Source: Chloroflexia bacterium
GTDB lineage: Bacteria; Chloroflexota; Chloroflexia; Chloroheliales; Chloroheliaceae
Length of the DNA stretch: 64,000 bases
Direction: 5' to 3'
NCBI GenBank assembly: GCA_038323095.1
Contig: JBBQGP010000002.1
Coordinates: forward strand, 12,678 to 76,677
Shown: in pieces, positions 1 through 8,528 of the stretch
Position numbering within the stretch: the first letter of the stretch is position 1
Layout of the letters: the number at the start of each line of letters is the position of its first letter
Made by a program: the position numbers and the translations under genes
The notes under the pieces: model-generated
Told to the model about the DNA's origin: nothing
The model's input: only the letters and a program-made list of their open reading frames with translations
Databases searched by the model: none

Positions 1-618
1 CCACCTCGCTGGGAGTATTTCGCCAAAGTAATTGACCCGATGTTTTTGACGGTACAGACTGCGATTGCGGCTACTGTAATCGGGATAGTGTTTGCCTTGC
101 CACTAAGTATTCTGGCGGCGCGTAACACTTCCCCACATCCTGTAATTTACAATTTGGTTCGGTTTATTATCAACACTGTCCGGGCCATTCCTTCCCTGAT
201 TCTGGCCCTGCTTTTCATCCCTTTTGTTGGTCTAGGCCCAGGGGCGGGGGTCTTGGGACTGGGAATTCATTCTATTTCAGTGCTGACCAAACTTTATGCC
301 GAAGCTTTCGAGGCAGTGAAGCCTCAACCCCTTGAAGCCCTCAACGCGGTAGGCGCGAATGGCCTCAAAACTTTTCGCTGGGGAGTATTTCCGCAAGCCT
401 TTTCGCTTATTGCCAGTTATAGCATCTTTAACTGGGAATCAAACGGGCGTGACTCGACGGTAGTAGCCTTTGTGGGCGGAGGCGGTGTGGGCTTCCTGCT
501 TCAGTCTAACCTGGCTTTGCTGGACTATGCCAATGTATCGGTCTTGTTGCTGGTGCTTGTTCTCACGGTAACTTTGCTAGACCGTTTTAGCGACTTTGTA
601 CGCTCGAAAATAATCTGA
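1..618 (+). CDS. phnE: Phosphonate ABC transporter permease PhnE, 5' end cut by window edge
   Basis: Frame 1 is open from nt 1 (PPRWEYFAKVIDPM...), so the listed ATG at 40 is internal. Multi-TM ABC permease with the EAA-like loop (LTKLYAEAFEAV...ALNAVGA) typical of PhnE. Followed by phnD. Confidence 0.8.
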   Translation, partial: PPRWEYFAKVIDPMFLTVQTAIAATVIGIVFALPLSILAARNTSPHPVIYNLVRFIINTVRAIPSLILALLFIPFVGLGPGAGVLGLGIHSISVLTKLYAEAFEAVKPQPLEALNAVGANGLKTFRWGVFPQAFSLIASYSIFNWESNGRDSTVVAFVGGGGVGFLLQSNLALLDYANVSVLLLVLVLTVTLLDRFSDFVRSKII

Positions 619-679
619 TTATAGCCTTTAAAGTCCAGTAGCCTTATAAATGTTTTGGAAACTATTACAAGAGGAGAGA

Positions 680-1804
680 ATGATGTTGAAATCGCTTAGT
701 TTTGGAAAAGCAACCCGCTTGCCGGGTCTGCTAATGATAACGCTTTTGCTGGCTGCCGTTTTGGTCGCTTGCGGTGATCCGACGGCCACTACTGTTCCTG
801 CTCCGGCGGCTACCACTGCGGCGGCAGCTACTACTGCTGCTCCTGCGACGACGGCTGCGGTTGCGGCTACTACGGCTGCCAAAGCTACCACAGCAGCAGC
901 TACCACAGCAGCAGCGACAACGGCGGCGGTGACGACGGCGGCTGGTGCTGCGGCTACCACTGTGGCTTCGGTAGCGACGACGGCGGCTGGTGCTGCGGCT
1001 ACCGCTCCCAAAATCAGCTTGAAGAAGTTGAATCTGGGTGCTATTCCGGCAGAAAACACCGCTAAAGTATTGGATGATACCAAACCCTTTGCCGATGCCC
1101 TATCCAAGCAACTTGGTATCCCGGTGGAAGTATATGTAGGTAACAATTACACTGCGGTTATCGAAGCTTTGAGCAGTGGCAAAATTGATGTAGCGATTTT
1201 CGGTCCTTTCAGCTACGTATTGGCGGCTGACAAGTACAATGCTCAGGCGAGCTTGCTGCAATTGGGTGCAACTGGTGCGACCAGTTACAACAGCTTGATT
1301 ATTACCACTGCCAAGACTGGCATCAAAACTTTGGCCGATTTGAAGGGCCGCACTTTCTCGTTTGTTGACCCTGCCTCTACCAGTGGTAATCTAATTCCGC
1401 GCTACACTATGGTCAAGAATGGCCTCGACCCCGATAAAGACGTTCAAGGTACTTTTGCCGGTGGTCACGACGCTTCGCTCTTGGGCGTGCTGAGTGGTAA
1501 AACTGATGCCGGGGCGGTTGCCAGCGATGTTTTCGCCAGTCTGGTTGCCAGTGGTAAGGTTAATCAGAGTGAGATAGTGGTATTGAACACCAGCAGCCCT
1601 ATTCCGAATAGCCCGGTTGCTGTCCGTAAGGAATTGAGCGAAGACGACAAGGCAGCGATTAAGGCCGGTTTCCTGGCAATCAAAGACCCTGCCGCGCTCA
1701 AGGCTCTTAATACCGCAGGCTTTACTGACAACAGCGACAAGAATTATGACGTGTTGCGCGATATTGCCAAAACCCTTAATCTGGACTTAACCAAACTGAA
1801 ATAG
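680..1804 (+). CDS. phnD: Phosphonate/phosphite ABC transporter substrate-binding lipoprotein PhnD
   Basis: RBS GAGGAG at 671-676, then ATG ATG at 680/683. Lipobox LLAAVLVAC|GD, ~75-aa Thr/Ala tether, then a PhnD-type fold (YTAVIEAL..GKIDVA, FVDPASTSG, SPIPNSPVAVRKEL). Confidence 0.8.
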   Translation: MMLKSLSFGKATRLPGLLMITLLLAAVLVACGDPTATTVPAPAATTAAAATTAAPATTAAVAATTAAKATTAAATTAAATTAAVTTAAGAAATTVASVATTAAGAAATAPKISLKKLNLGAIPAENTAKVLDDTKPFADALSKQLGIPVEVYVGNNYTAVIEALSSGKIDVAIFGPFSYVLAADKYNAQASLLQLGATGATSYNSLIITTAKTGIKTLADLKGRTFSFVDPASTSGNLIPRYTMVKNGLDPDKDVQGTFAGGHDASLLGVLSGKTDAGAVASDVFASLVASGKVNQSEIVVLNTSSPIPNSPVAVRKELSEDDKAAIKAGFLAIKDPAALKALNTAGFTDNSDKNYDVLRDIAKTLNLDLTKLK

Positions 1805-1832
1805 TCGAAGTTTCAGCTCGTTATTTCGAGGA

Positions 1833-1867
1833 AAGCGTCTGTTCTCCTTTGAGCAGCCGCTTTTTTG
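1833..1867 (+). terminator. Rho-independent terminator after phnD
   Basis: Stem aagcgtctg / cagccgctt (9 bp, one mismatch) followed by a T6 run at 1861-1866. Confidence 0.55.
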
Positions 1868-1887
1868 ATTTTGCGGCAAATTCCCGC

Positions 1888-3324
1888 CTAAAAAGTTTGA
1901 ACTAATTGCCGGGCCAGTTCTACCGCTTCCTCAAAGTTGGTAATCTGGCCTTCGGCCTGAGCCTCTTCCAGTTCCCGCAAAAGTTGGCCGATTTTTGGGC
2001 CAGGCGGAATTTTTAGAGCTTTTTGAAGTTGCTGTCCATCCAGCAAGCGCGGTTGCTCGGTCAACTTCTCTATTAAGAATTTATGAACCAGTAAATCGGT
2101 TAAAGTTAATTGGGTTTGCCATTCTACCGAATTTTGCTTACCTGCGCCGCTTGCCGCGAGAGCCAGTAGCAAAGTTTCGATTTGAACGGGCTGACTATCC
2201 CGCAAAAACCGAAAAGCAGCCCGCTTTCTCAAGCTTGAAACATCGGCAGCCTCAAATTTTTCGGTCAGCTTGCTCAGTTCTGCTTGCATTTGCAGCATTT
2301 TGACAAGGTTGTCACTAAAAAAGCGGCTCAAACGCAAGCGATGTGTAACCGAACGGGCTGTTTCTGGCTCAATTTGCCAGAGCAAAGCCGCCCAGAAAAG
2401 TAGTAATTTGCGTTCATCCTCGTTTGCCCTTAAGTGAGCCATTACAAGCGGCCATTCCCGGATTAGCGTTTCAGGACGGGCAAAATTTGCGGCTGCGGGC
2501 CAGACAAAAGCCGGGTCAAGCAACCCTTCCAGCCAACCAAATAAATCCGAAGTTACTTCAAATTTCCCGGTTAATTCAGGGATAAGCTCTTGCAGCAGAT
2601 TGCACTTATTCAAAATTTGCAAACTGCGGCCCAAATTTCCGGCCAACCAGGTTTTATTGAGTTCATCCCGAATACGTTCGGCGGCAGCCTGCCTTATCAG
2701 GCCACTCAAACTCTGGAAAAGCTCAAGCGTACCATCGGCAAAACGCCATTCTGCTCCGTCGCCGGAAAGCTGGGCAAATTGACGAATGCCGCGTAACATC
2801 CGAAGCGAATCGTCGATTAAATTTTGGGAACCAACCGGGCGAATAATGTGCCGGGCCAAATCCTGCTTGCCCTGTGGCACTTCCAGAGCTTCTTCAAGAC
2901 GCAAATCTTTACTTTGCAAAAATTGGTCGAGCGGGAAAGCCAGTGCGTTTATGGTAAAATCGCGCCGGGCCAAATCGCTTTCGATGGTGCCGCCGTTCAG
3001 CACCGCAATATCCAGATAAAAAAGTTTTTCTGAAAAATTTTCAGCTAAAGGGGTAAAAATTACGCGGGCAACCCCAAAATCCCGGTCAAGTGCAAAGGGA
3101 CTGGCTCGATAGCCCGAAATTTTGTCGCGGGCAGCGTTCGCCAGTTTGCGGGCCAAATCCAGAGCCAATTCGGGTGGCCCGGCTATGCCCAAATCAATAT
3201 CGGCACTTTCCCGGCTCAGTAAAGCATCGCGCACAAAACCACCAACCAGATAAACCGGGCGATTGGCGGGGACGATTCGCGCCATTATTTCCAAAGCCTG
3301 CTGCCGGGCCAAATCCAATTGCAT
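1888..3324 (-). CDS. cca: CCA-adding enzyme / poly(A) polymerase-family tRNA nucleotidyltransferase
   Basis: N-terminal nucleotidyltransferase motif VYLVGGFVRDALL...DIDL, RDFTINALA, and a helical C-terminal body. Confidence 0.7.
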   Translation of the reverse strand: MQLDLARQQALEIMARIVPANRPVYLVGGFVRDALLSRESADIDLGIAGPPELALDLARKLANAARDKISGYRASPFALDRDFGVARVIFTPLAENFSEKLFYLDIAVLNGGTIESDLARRDFTINALAFPLDQFLQSKDLRLEEALEVPQGKQDLARHIIRPVGSQNLIDDSLRMLRGIRQFAQLSGDGAEWRFADGTLELFQSLSGLIRQAAAERIRDELNKTWLAGNLGRSLQILNKCNLLQELIPELTGKFEVTSDLFGWLEGLLDPAFVWPAAANFARPETLIREWPLVMAHLRANEDERKLLLFWAALLWQIEPETARSVTHRLRLSRFFSDNLVKMLQMQAELSKLTEKFEAADVSSLRKRAAFRFLRDSQPVQIETLLLALAASGAGKQNSVEWQTQLTLTDLLVHKFLIEKLTEQPRLLDGQQLQKALKIPPGPKIGQLLRELEEAQAEGQITNFEEAVELARQLVQTF

Positions 3325-3339
3325 ACTTTTCCTCGAACT

Positions 3340-3366
3340 AAAAAAGCCCTGATAAATTCAGGGCTA
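3340..3366 (-). terminator. Rho-independent terminator after the alcohol dehydrogenase gene
   Basis: Minus-strand reading is agccctgaatttatcagggct followed by tttttt, a perfect 8-bp stem with 5-nt loop, about 50 nt downstream of the stop at 3415. Confidence 0.7.
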
Positions 3367-3414
3367 ATTTTGCGCTAACCCGGCCAATTTTGCAAATGCC
3401 GGGTCAGGCCAAAC

Positions 3415-4524
3415 CTAAAACTTGATTACACCGCGAATGTTTTTTCCGGCCAGCATATCGGCATAGCCTTCGTTAATCTGGTCAAGAGTGTAAGTCCGGG
3501 TGATAAGCTCATTGAGCATAAGCTGTCCGCTCTTGTGCATATTGAGCAAAAGCGGGATTTCGGCTTGGGGATTGGCGGTACCGTAAAGCGTACCGACCAG
3601 GCTCTTTTGATAAAGTACCAGCATCAGGGGACTAATCGGCACAGAATCGGCGGTGGCTGCCGATAGACCAATAACTACCGTCGTTCCAGCCTTACCCGTT
3701 GCGGCAAAAGCTTGCCCAATGGTTTCGGGGGTAGCGATGGCCTCAAACGCGAAATCAACTCCGACCCCGTTAGTAATTTCCATTACCCGTGTGACCAAAT
3801 CTTCTTTAGAAGAATTAATCGTATGAGTCGCGCCAAATTCTTTCGACCAACCCAATTTACCATCGTTAATGTCGGCGGCAATAATGGTCGAAGCGTTGGC
3901 GATACGTGCGCCCTGCACGGCGTTCATACCAATACCACCCACGCCGACTACCAAAACGCTACTACCCGGCGTAACTTTGGCCCGGTGGATAGCTGCGCCT
4001 ACGCCAGTTGCCACGCCGCAACCGACCAAACAAGCTCCATCCAGACTATGACTTTTGTCAATTACGCAAATCGAATCCTGATTGGCAATAGTATATTCGC
4101 TAAAAGTGCTAATCATGCACATTTGGCCGAAATCCTGACCGCCGTTATTGTGGAAGCGATAAGTTCCGTCTACCTGTGGCCCTTGCAAAATCCCTGCGCC
4201 CAAATCGCAAAGCTGGGTCATACCCGAAACGCACCATTTGCATTTGCCACAAGACGGAATAAAGGTCAATACAACGTGGTCGCCCTGCTTAATGCGACTT
4301 ACGCCCGGCCCGACGGCATCCACTACGCCCGCGCCTTCATGCCCCATCACCATTGGCGACATCCCAACCGGCAAATCGCCATCCATTACGTGCCAGTCCG
4401 AATGGCAAAGCCCGGCATAAGCCATTTTTACCCGAACTTCTCCGAATTTTGGCTCGTCCAGTTCCAATTCTTCAACCTTGAAGGGTTCATTGGCAGCATA
4501 AAAAACAGCAGCTTTAGTCTTCAT
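3415..4524 (-). CDS. Zn-dependent alcohol dehydrogenase, class III / mycothiol-dependent formaldehyde dehydrogenase-like
   Basis: Start moved to ATG at 4524 (MKTKAAVFY), preceded by GGAGAGGAG. Motifs GLCHSDWH, GHEGAGVV, structural Zn cluster CGKCKWC, Rossmann VVGVGGIG. Confidence 0.8.
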   Translation of the reverse strand: MKTKAAVFYAANEPFKVEELELDEPKFGEVRVKMAYAGLCHSDWHVMDGDLPVGMSPMVMGHEGAGVVDAVGPGVSRIKQGDHVVLTFIPSCGKCKWCVSGMTQLCDLGAGILQGPQVDGTYRFHNNGGQDFGQMCMISTFSEYTIANQDSICVIDKSHSLDGACLVGCGVATGVGAAIHRAKVTPGSSVLVVGVGGIGMNAVQGARIANASTIIAADINDGKLGWSKEFGATHTINSSKEDLVTRVMEITNGVGVDFAFEAIATPETIGQAFAATGKAGTTVVIGLSAATADSVPISPLMLVLYQKSLVGTLYGTANPQAEIPLLLNMHKSGQLMLNELITRTYTLDQINEGYADMLAGKNIRGVIKF

Positions 4525-4922
4525 TAACAGAATACTCCTCTCCATCGAGTAATTATATTTAGCGTAAAGCACACTCCAACAGTAGAGCATACTCGTTTTT
4601 GGCAGACCGGGCAAATTCCGAACAGGCAGAATTTACCATAGGGTATAGTATTTTAACCAAAGCAAAATGTAAAAAAGTTTAGCTCGAAAAGTTATTCCTG
4701 GTGGATAGATTTGTAGTTGCTTTCTAGCACGTTTGTTATAGCGCGAATATAAGCTTATTTTAGTAGTTAAAAATAGCAAAAGCAAGCCACATCGCGAATT
4801 TGAAAACGCATCCTAACCAGCCACAGCACTTGCCCGATAAATTCAAATCAGCTAGAATAAGTTGTCGCTATGATGGCGGCAGAAAACAGTTTAAGCTAAA
4901 ATTACAGGATAGAAAACATTTG

Positions 4923-6044
4923 ATGCGGCCACACGATAGCGGAGCAGTGGAAGCTTTGCGACTGGAATTGGTAAGCGGACTGAACGAAAATCGGCTGGCA
5001 CAGGTTAAAGACCTTTTACAGCATGCGCTCGACCACGACGGTTATTTGCCGATTGGTGAGCATATTTACCTGAAGTTACGAAGCGGGCAACCCGCGAATT
5101 TTGAGCAGAAACTTTTGAGCAATGACGAGGCTGCCGGGGCATTGCTGGCTTATCGGGAGCAAAACGGCCACGACCACGAAACTTATCCCGGTCAGCCCGC
5201 TAACACAGAAAAGCTGGTAGGTTATGTACAACTCCTGGCCCAGCCTGATAACCAGCCTTCGCGTTTACTAGCCGAACTGGTGGTGCATCCTCATTTACGC
5301 GGGCAGGGTATCGCTAAAAAGTTGTTGAACCGGGTACTGGAACTGGGGCAAATAGGCCGCTTTGAACAGGTAGATTTATGGGCCTACCACGCCCGGCAAC
5401 CCGCCCAAAGCTTTGCCAGTCATGTACAGCTTGTGCCAACCCGCACCCTCCATCATTTGCGTCGCCCTGCCGGGTTGGAACTTCCGGCTTACGAACTACC
5501 CGAAGATTTGCGGCTACGCCCTTTTGAGCCGGGACAGGATGATAAGCAATGGCTGGCCCTGAACCGATTGGTTTTTGCCGACCATCCCGAAAACGGCAAA
5601 TGGACTCAAGCTGATTTGGAAATGCGCTTTAGCCAGCCCTGGTTCGATGCCGCCGATTTTTTAATGCTGGAAAACCAGAGCGGGCAGTTAATCGGTTTTA
5701 ACTGGACAAAGCGTGTGCCAGCCCGTGTTAGCGATTTGTATCCGTCTCCGGCTTACCCTGAAATTGGCCGACTGCCTACGCTCTCGATTAGCCCTTCCTA
5801 CGGCGGTAGTTTGGGCGAAATCTATGTTGTGGGCTTGCATCCCGACGCACGCGGGCGCAAAATAGGACGCGGCCTGACTTTGCTGGGCTTGCAGCATTTA
5901 CGCGAACGTGGCTCTGATTTTTTTGCCCTGTACGTAGATGCGACCAATATTCCTGCCGTAAGTTTGTATTATTCGCTGGGCTTTACCCTGCATCACGACG
6001 ATATTTCTTATACCCATTTGTTTAGCAAAGGTAAAACCGGGTAA
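4923..6044 (+). CDS. mshD: Mycothiol synthase-like tandem-GNAT acetyltransferase
   Basis: Several blocks match M. tuberculosis MshD as I recall it: AELVVHPHLRGQGIA, FADHPENGKWT, GFNWTKRVP, LGEIYVVGLHPDARGRKIG, LYVDATNIPAVSLYYSLGFT. The ORF is open from TTG 4800. ATG 4923 fits the MshD N-terminus better. Confidence 0.7.
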   Translation: MRPHDSGAVEALRLELVSGLNENRLAQVKDLLQHALDHDGYLPIGEHIYLKLRSGQPANFEQKLLSNDEAAGALLAYREQNGHDHETYPGQPANTEKLVGYVQLLAQPDNQPSRLLAELVVHPHLRGQGIAKKLLNRVLELGQIGRFEQVDLWAYHARQPAQSFASHVQLVPTRTLHHLRRPAGLELPAYELPEDLRLRPFEPGQDDKQWLALNRLVFADHPENGKWTQADLEMRFSQPWFDAADFLMLENQSGQLIGFNWTKRVPARVSDLYPSPAYPEIGRLPTLSISPSYGGSLGEIYVVGLHPDARGRKIGRGLTLLGLQHLRERGSDFFALYVDATNIPAVSLYYSLGFTLHHDDISYTHLFSKGKTG

Positions 6045-6064
6045 GCTAAATTTTCAACTAGAAG

Positions 6065-6823
6065 TTGAGTATTTTGATATTTACTGCTTTTTTTCATTTT
6101 CAAAGCGAATTAAACGAATTTATCTCGGCGCGAAGGCGAAATATCAGCTTTCCCTATCGCTTTGAAGGGCCTGATTCTATCAAGGATTTAATCGAGGCTC
6201 TGGGCGTACCGCACACCGAAATTGAGGCAATGCTGGTCAATAGTCAAGCGGTAGATTTTAACTATGTGGTGGGAGAAGGCGATAAAATAGAAGTTTACGG
6301 ACTAGAATCGGCGGCACAATTAACCGGGTCGCTTCCGGCATTACGCCCGCCCTTCCCCGCGAATCCAGGCTTTGTGCTGGATACTCATTTGGGCCAACTG
6401 GCTACTTTTTTGCGAATGTTTGGCTTCAATACTCTTTACCGCAACGATTACCCCGACGAAGAATTAGCCCAGATTTCGAGTAGCGAAAACCGCATTTTGC
6501 TGACCCGTGACCGGGGCTTGCTCAAGCGCAATCTGGTTGTTCACGGCTATTACGTGCGCCAGATTAACCCGCGCCAGCAGCTTATCGAAATAATCCGCCG
6601 CTTCCAGCTAATGCCCAAAATTGCTCCGCTCCGGCGTTGTATTCGCTGTAACGGCGAATTGCAGGCGGTCAGCAAAACTTCTATTGCTGACCGCCTTGAG
6701 CCTAAAACCAGCGAACTTTACGACGAATTCAGCCTTTGCCCGAACTGCAACCAGATTTACTGGAAGGGCAGCCACTACGAGCAAATGAAAGAATTTATTA
6801 ATGAAGTTTTAGGCAAATCCTAG
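6065..6823 (+). CDS. Mut7-C RNase domain (DUF82, PIN-like plus Zn ribbon) protein with N-terminal ubiquitin-like domain
   Basis: SIKDLIEALGVPHTEI...GDKIEVYG (ubiquitin-like part), FVLDTHLGQLATFLRMFGF...ILLTRDRGLLKR (PIN-like part), C-terminal RCIRCNG...CPNCNQIYWKGSHY. Confidence 0.65.
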   Translation: MSILIFTAFFHFQSELNEFISARRRNISFPYRFEGPDSIKDLIEALGVPHTEIEAMLVNSQAVDFNYVVGEGDKIEVYGLESAAQLTGSLPALRPPFPANPGFVLDTHLGQLATFLRMFGFNTLYRNDYPDEELAQISSSENRILLTRDRGLLKRNLVVHGYYVRQINPRQQLIEIIRRFQLMPKIAPLRRCIRCNGELQAVSKTSIADRLEPKTSELYDEFSLCPNCNQIYWKGSHYEQMKEFINEVLGKS

Positions 6824-6851
6824 AGCGTATCTAATAATTGGTACGGAGAAA

Positions 6852-6915
6852 TCAACTGGCGGAGCAGCATCTTACAAGTAAGCCTGATGCTGTAAGATGT
6901 GGCTCTGCCCATTGA
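6852..6915. repeat. REP-like imperfect palindrome, copy A (25-nt arms, 14-nt loop)
   Basis: Arms are tcaactggcggagcagcatcttaca and tgtaagatgtggctctgcccattga, with 20/25 positions pairing. The arms are near-identical to those of the palindrome at 60396-60460. Sits between convergent genes. Confidence 0.6.
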
Positions 6916-6931
6916 TATATTAGATCGGCTC

Positions 6932-7942
6932 TTAGCGCAAGGCGATGGCCGGGTTATCGTTGCGGGGCAACCTGTACCAGATAGAATTACAAAACTGCAT
7001 TTCTTCCGGCTCAAGTTTAAGTTCAGTCCCACCCAAACTATCGCTTAATTGCTCAGGCCGACTCGCCCCTAAAATCGCCGAAGTAATGCCGTTTTGGGCC
7101 AGCACCCACGATAGCGCGACCTGAGTTAGCGATTTGTCCCGGTTGCTGAAATATTGCTTTAATTCTTGCACCGCTTCAAATTGGGCCTGTTGCCAGTAAC
7201 GGGCCTGATACATTCGTCCGGCTTGATGCAAGGTAAAGCGAGTGTTTTGTTCCGGCTCTTGCCCGGTCTGGTAGCGTCCAGTCAAAAAGCCTCCAGCCAA
7301 AGGATTATAGACAATTACGCCGACCTGCTGTTCCCGGCAAAGTGGCAAAATTTCGTTTTCGATTTCGCGGTAAAGAATATTGTAACGAGGCTGGTCAGAT
7401 TCAAAGCGGGCTAACCCTTGCTTATCGCTTGTCCATAAAGCGGTAGCCAGTTGCCACGCCTGATAATTGCTGCAACCGACATAGCGGACTTTACCCTGAT
7501 GCACTAAATCATCCAGAGCGCGTAAGGTTTCTTCGATTGGCGTTTCAAGGTCGGGCGAATGCATCTGATACAAATCGATGTAATCGGTTTTGAGGCGGTG
7601 CAAGCTATCTTCGACGGCTTGCATTATCCAGCGTCGCGAAAGCCCACCGTGATTGGGCTTGTCCCCCATATCGCCCCGGCACTTGGTCGCAAGTACCAAA
7701 TCCTGCCGCACCCCTCGCGCTTTAATCCAGTTGCCCACAAATTCTTCGGTGCGTCCGCGTAATTCAAGGGTTGCACCAAGCGGGTAAACATCAGCAGTAT
7801 CAAAAAAGTTTATCCCGGCTTCCCAGGCTTTATCCATAATCGCAAAAGAAGTCGGCTCATCGCATTGATTGCCAAAGGTCATTGTTCCCAAACAAATTTC
7901 GGTAACTTTTAACCCGGTTCGGCCCAATCGTTTTAATTTCAT
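6932..7942 (-). CDS. Aldo/keto reductase
   Basis: Canonical AKR start MKLKRLGRTGLKVTEICLGTMTFG, FFDTADVY, GKVRYVGCSN, ILGASRPEQL. Confidence 0.85.
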   Translation of the reverse strand: MKLKRLGRTGLKVTEICLGTMTFGNQCDEPTSFAIMDKAWEAGINFFDTADVYPLGATLELRGRTEEFVGNWIKARGVRQDLVLATKCRGDMGDKPNHGGLSRRWIMQAVEDSLHRLKTDYIDLYQMHSPDLETPIEETLRALDDLVHQGKVRYVGCSNYQAWQLATALWTSDKQGLARFESDQPRYNILYREIENEILPLCREQQVGVIVYNPLAGGFLTGRYQTGQEPEQNTRFTLHQAGRMYQARYWQQAQFEAVQELKQYFSNRDKSLTQVALSWVLAQNGITSAILGASRPEQLSDSLGGTELKLEPEEMQFCNSIWYRLPRNDNPAIALR

Positions 7943-7958
7943 TTTCTCTCCTCTATTG

Positions 7959-8459
7959 TTAGGGATTGCACAAATTGCCCATAAATTCCAGCACTTCTAT
8001 AATTTCAGGTTGAGGCGGGAGCTTATCGGGGCTTATCGCAGTAGCATAGCGGTAAATCGAGCCAAAGCGGTCAGCGATAAAGAGGGCAGCAGGCTTTTGC
8101 TGAATTTGGGCAGCATCATACTGCGGATAAACCAATTGGATATAGCGGCTATGTACCCGGTTATCGGCATCGGCCAAAAGCGGGTAAGACAAATTTAGCT
8201 CATAGGTCAATTGGGCGAGTCTTTCGCCTTCCAGCCCGCTAATAACCAGCAATTGCGCCCCAAAATCGCGGTAAAGCTGATTTTCTGAATTCAATCTTTG
8301 CAAAAAAGCACTTTCGTCGCCAGCTACAAAGTAAATTACCAGTGGTTTACGCTGCTTGTAATCCCAAAGGCGCACCCGCTCACCCGCGCCGCTCGGCAAA
8401 TCAAAGACCGGGGCGGGTCGTTCTTCGTTTTTGTAATCCCCAAAAGCATCAAAAGGCAT
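7959..8459 (-). CDS. Thioredoxin-fold (AhpC/TSA-like) protein lacking the peroxidatic cysteine
   Basis: Redoxin-like layout (FDLPSGAGERVRLWDY..KPLVIYF...LLVIS...YPLLADADNRV). The position of the usual TPxC motif reads VAGDESAF. The only Cys is 3 residues from the C-terminus. Confidence 0.5.
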   Translation of the reverse strand: MPFDAFGDYKNEERPAPVFDLPSGAGERVRLWDYKQRKPLVIYFVAGDESAFLQRLNSENQLYRDFGAQLLVISGLEGERLAQLTYELNLSYPLLADADNRVHSRYIQLVYPQYDAAQIQQKPAALFIADRFGSIYRYATAISPDKLPPQPEIIEVLEFMGNLCNP

Positions 8460-8528
8460 TGTTCTTACCCCCTCTACTTGTTTCCAGCCTAGTAACCGGG
8501 CTAATAATAATCGCCCAGTAGCCAGCCG

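Noticed and set aside
628-1146. 172-aa minus-strand ORF rich in Ala/Val
   Set aside because: It is the antisense shadow of the GC-rich Thr/Ala tether of phnD. It is low complexity with no RBS, and the plus-strand gene has clear PhnD homology.
3712-4527. 271-aa plus-strand ORF
   Set aside because: It is fully antisense to the alcohol dehydrogenase gene, which has unmistakable Zn-ADH motifs. It has no RBS or recognisable domains.
6820-7032. 70-aa minus-strand ORF
   Set aside because: It spans the REP-like palindrome and overlaps the 3' end of the aldo/keto reductase gene out of frame. There is no coding signal.
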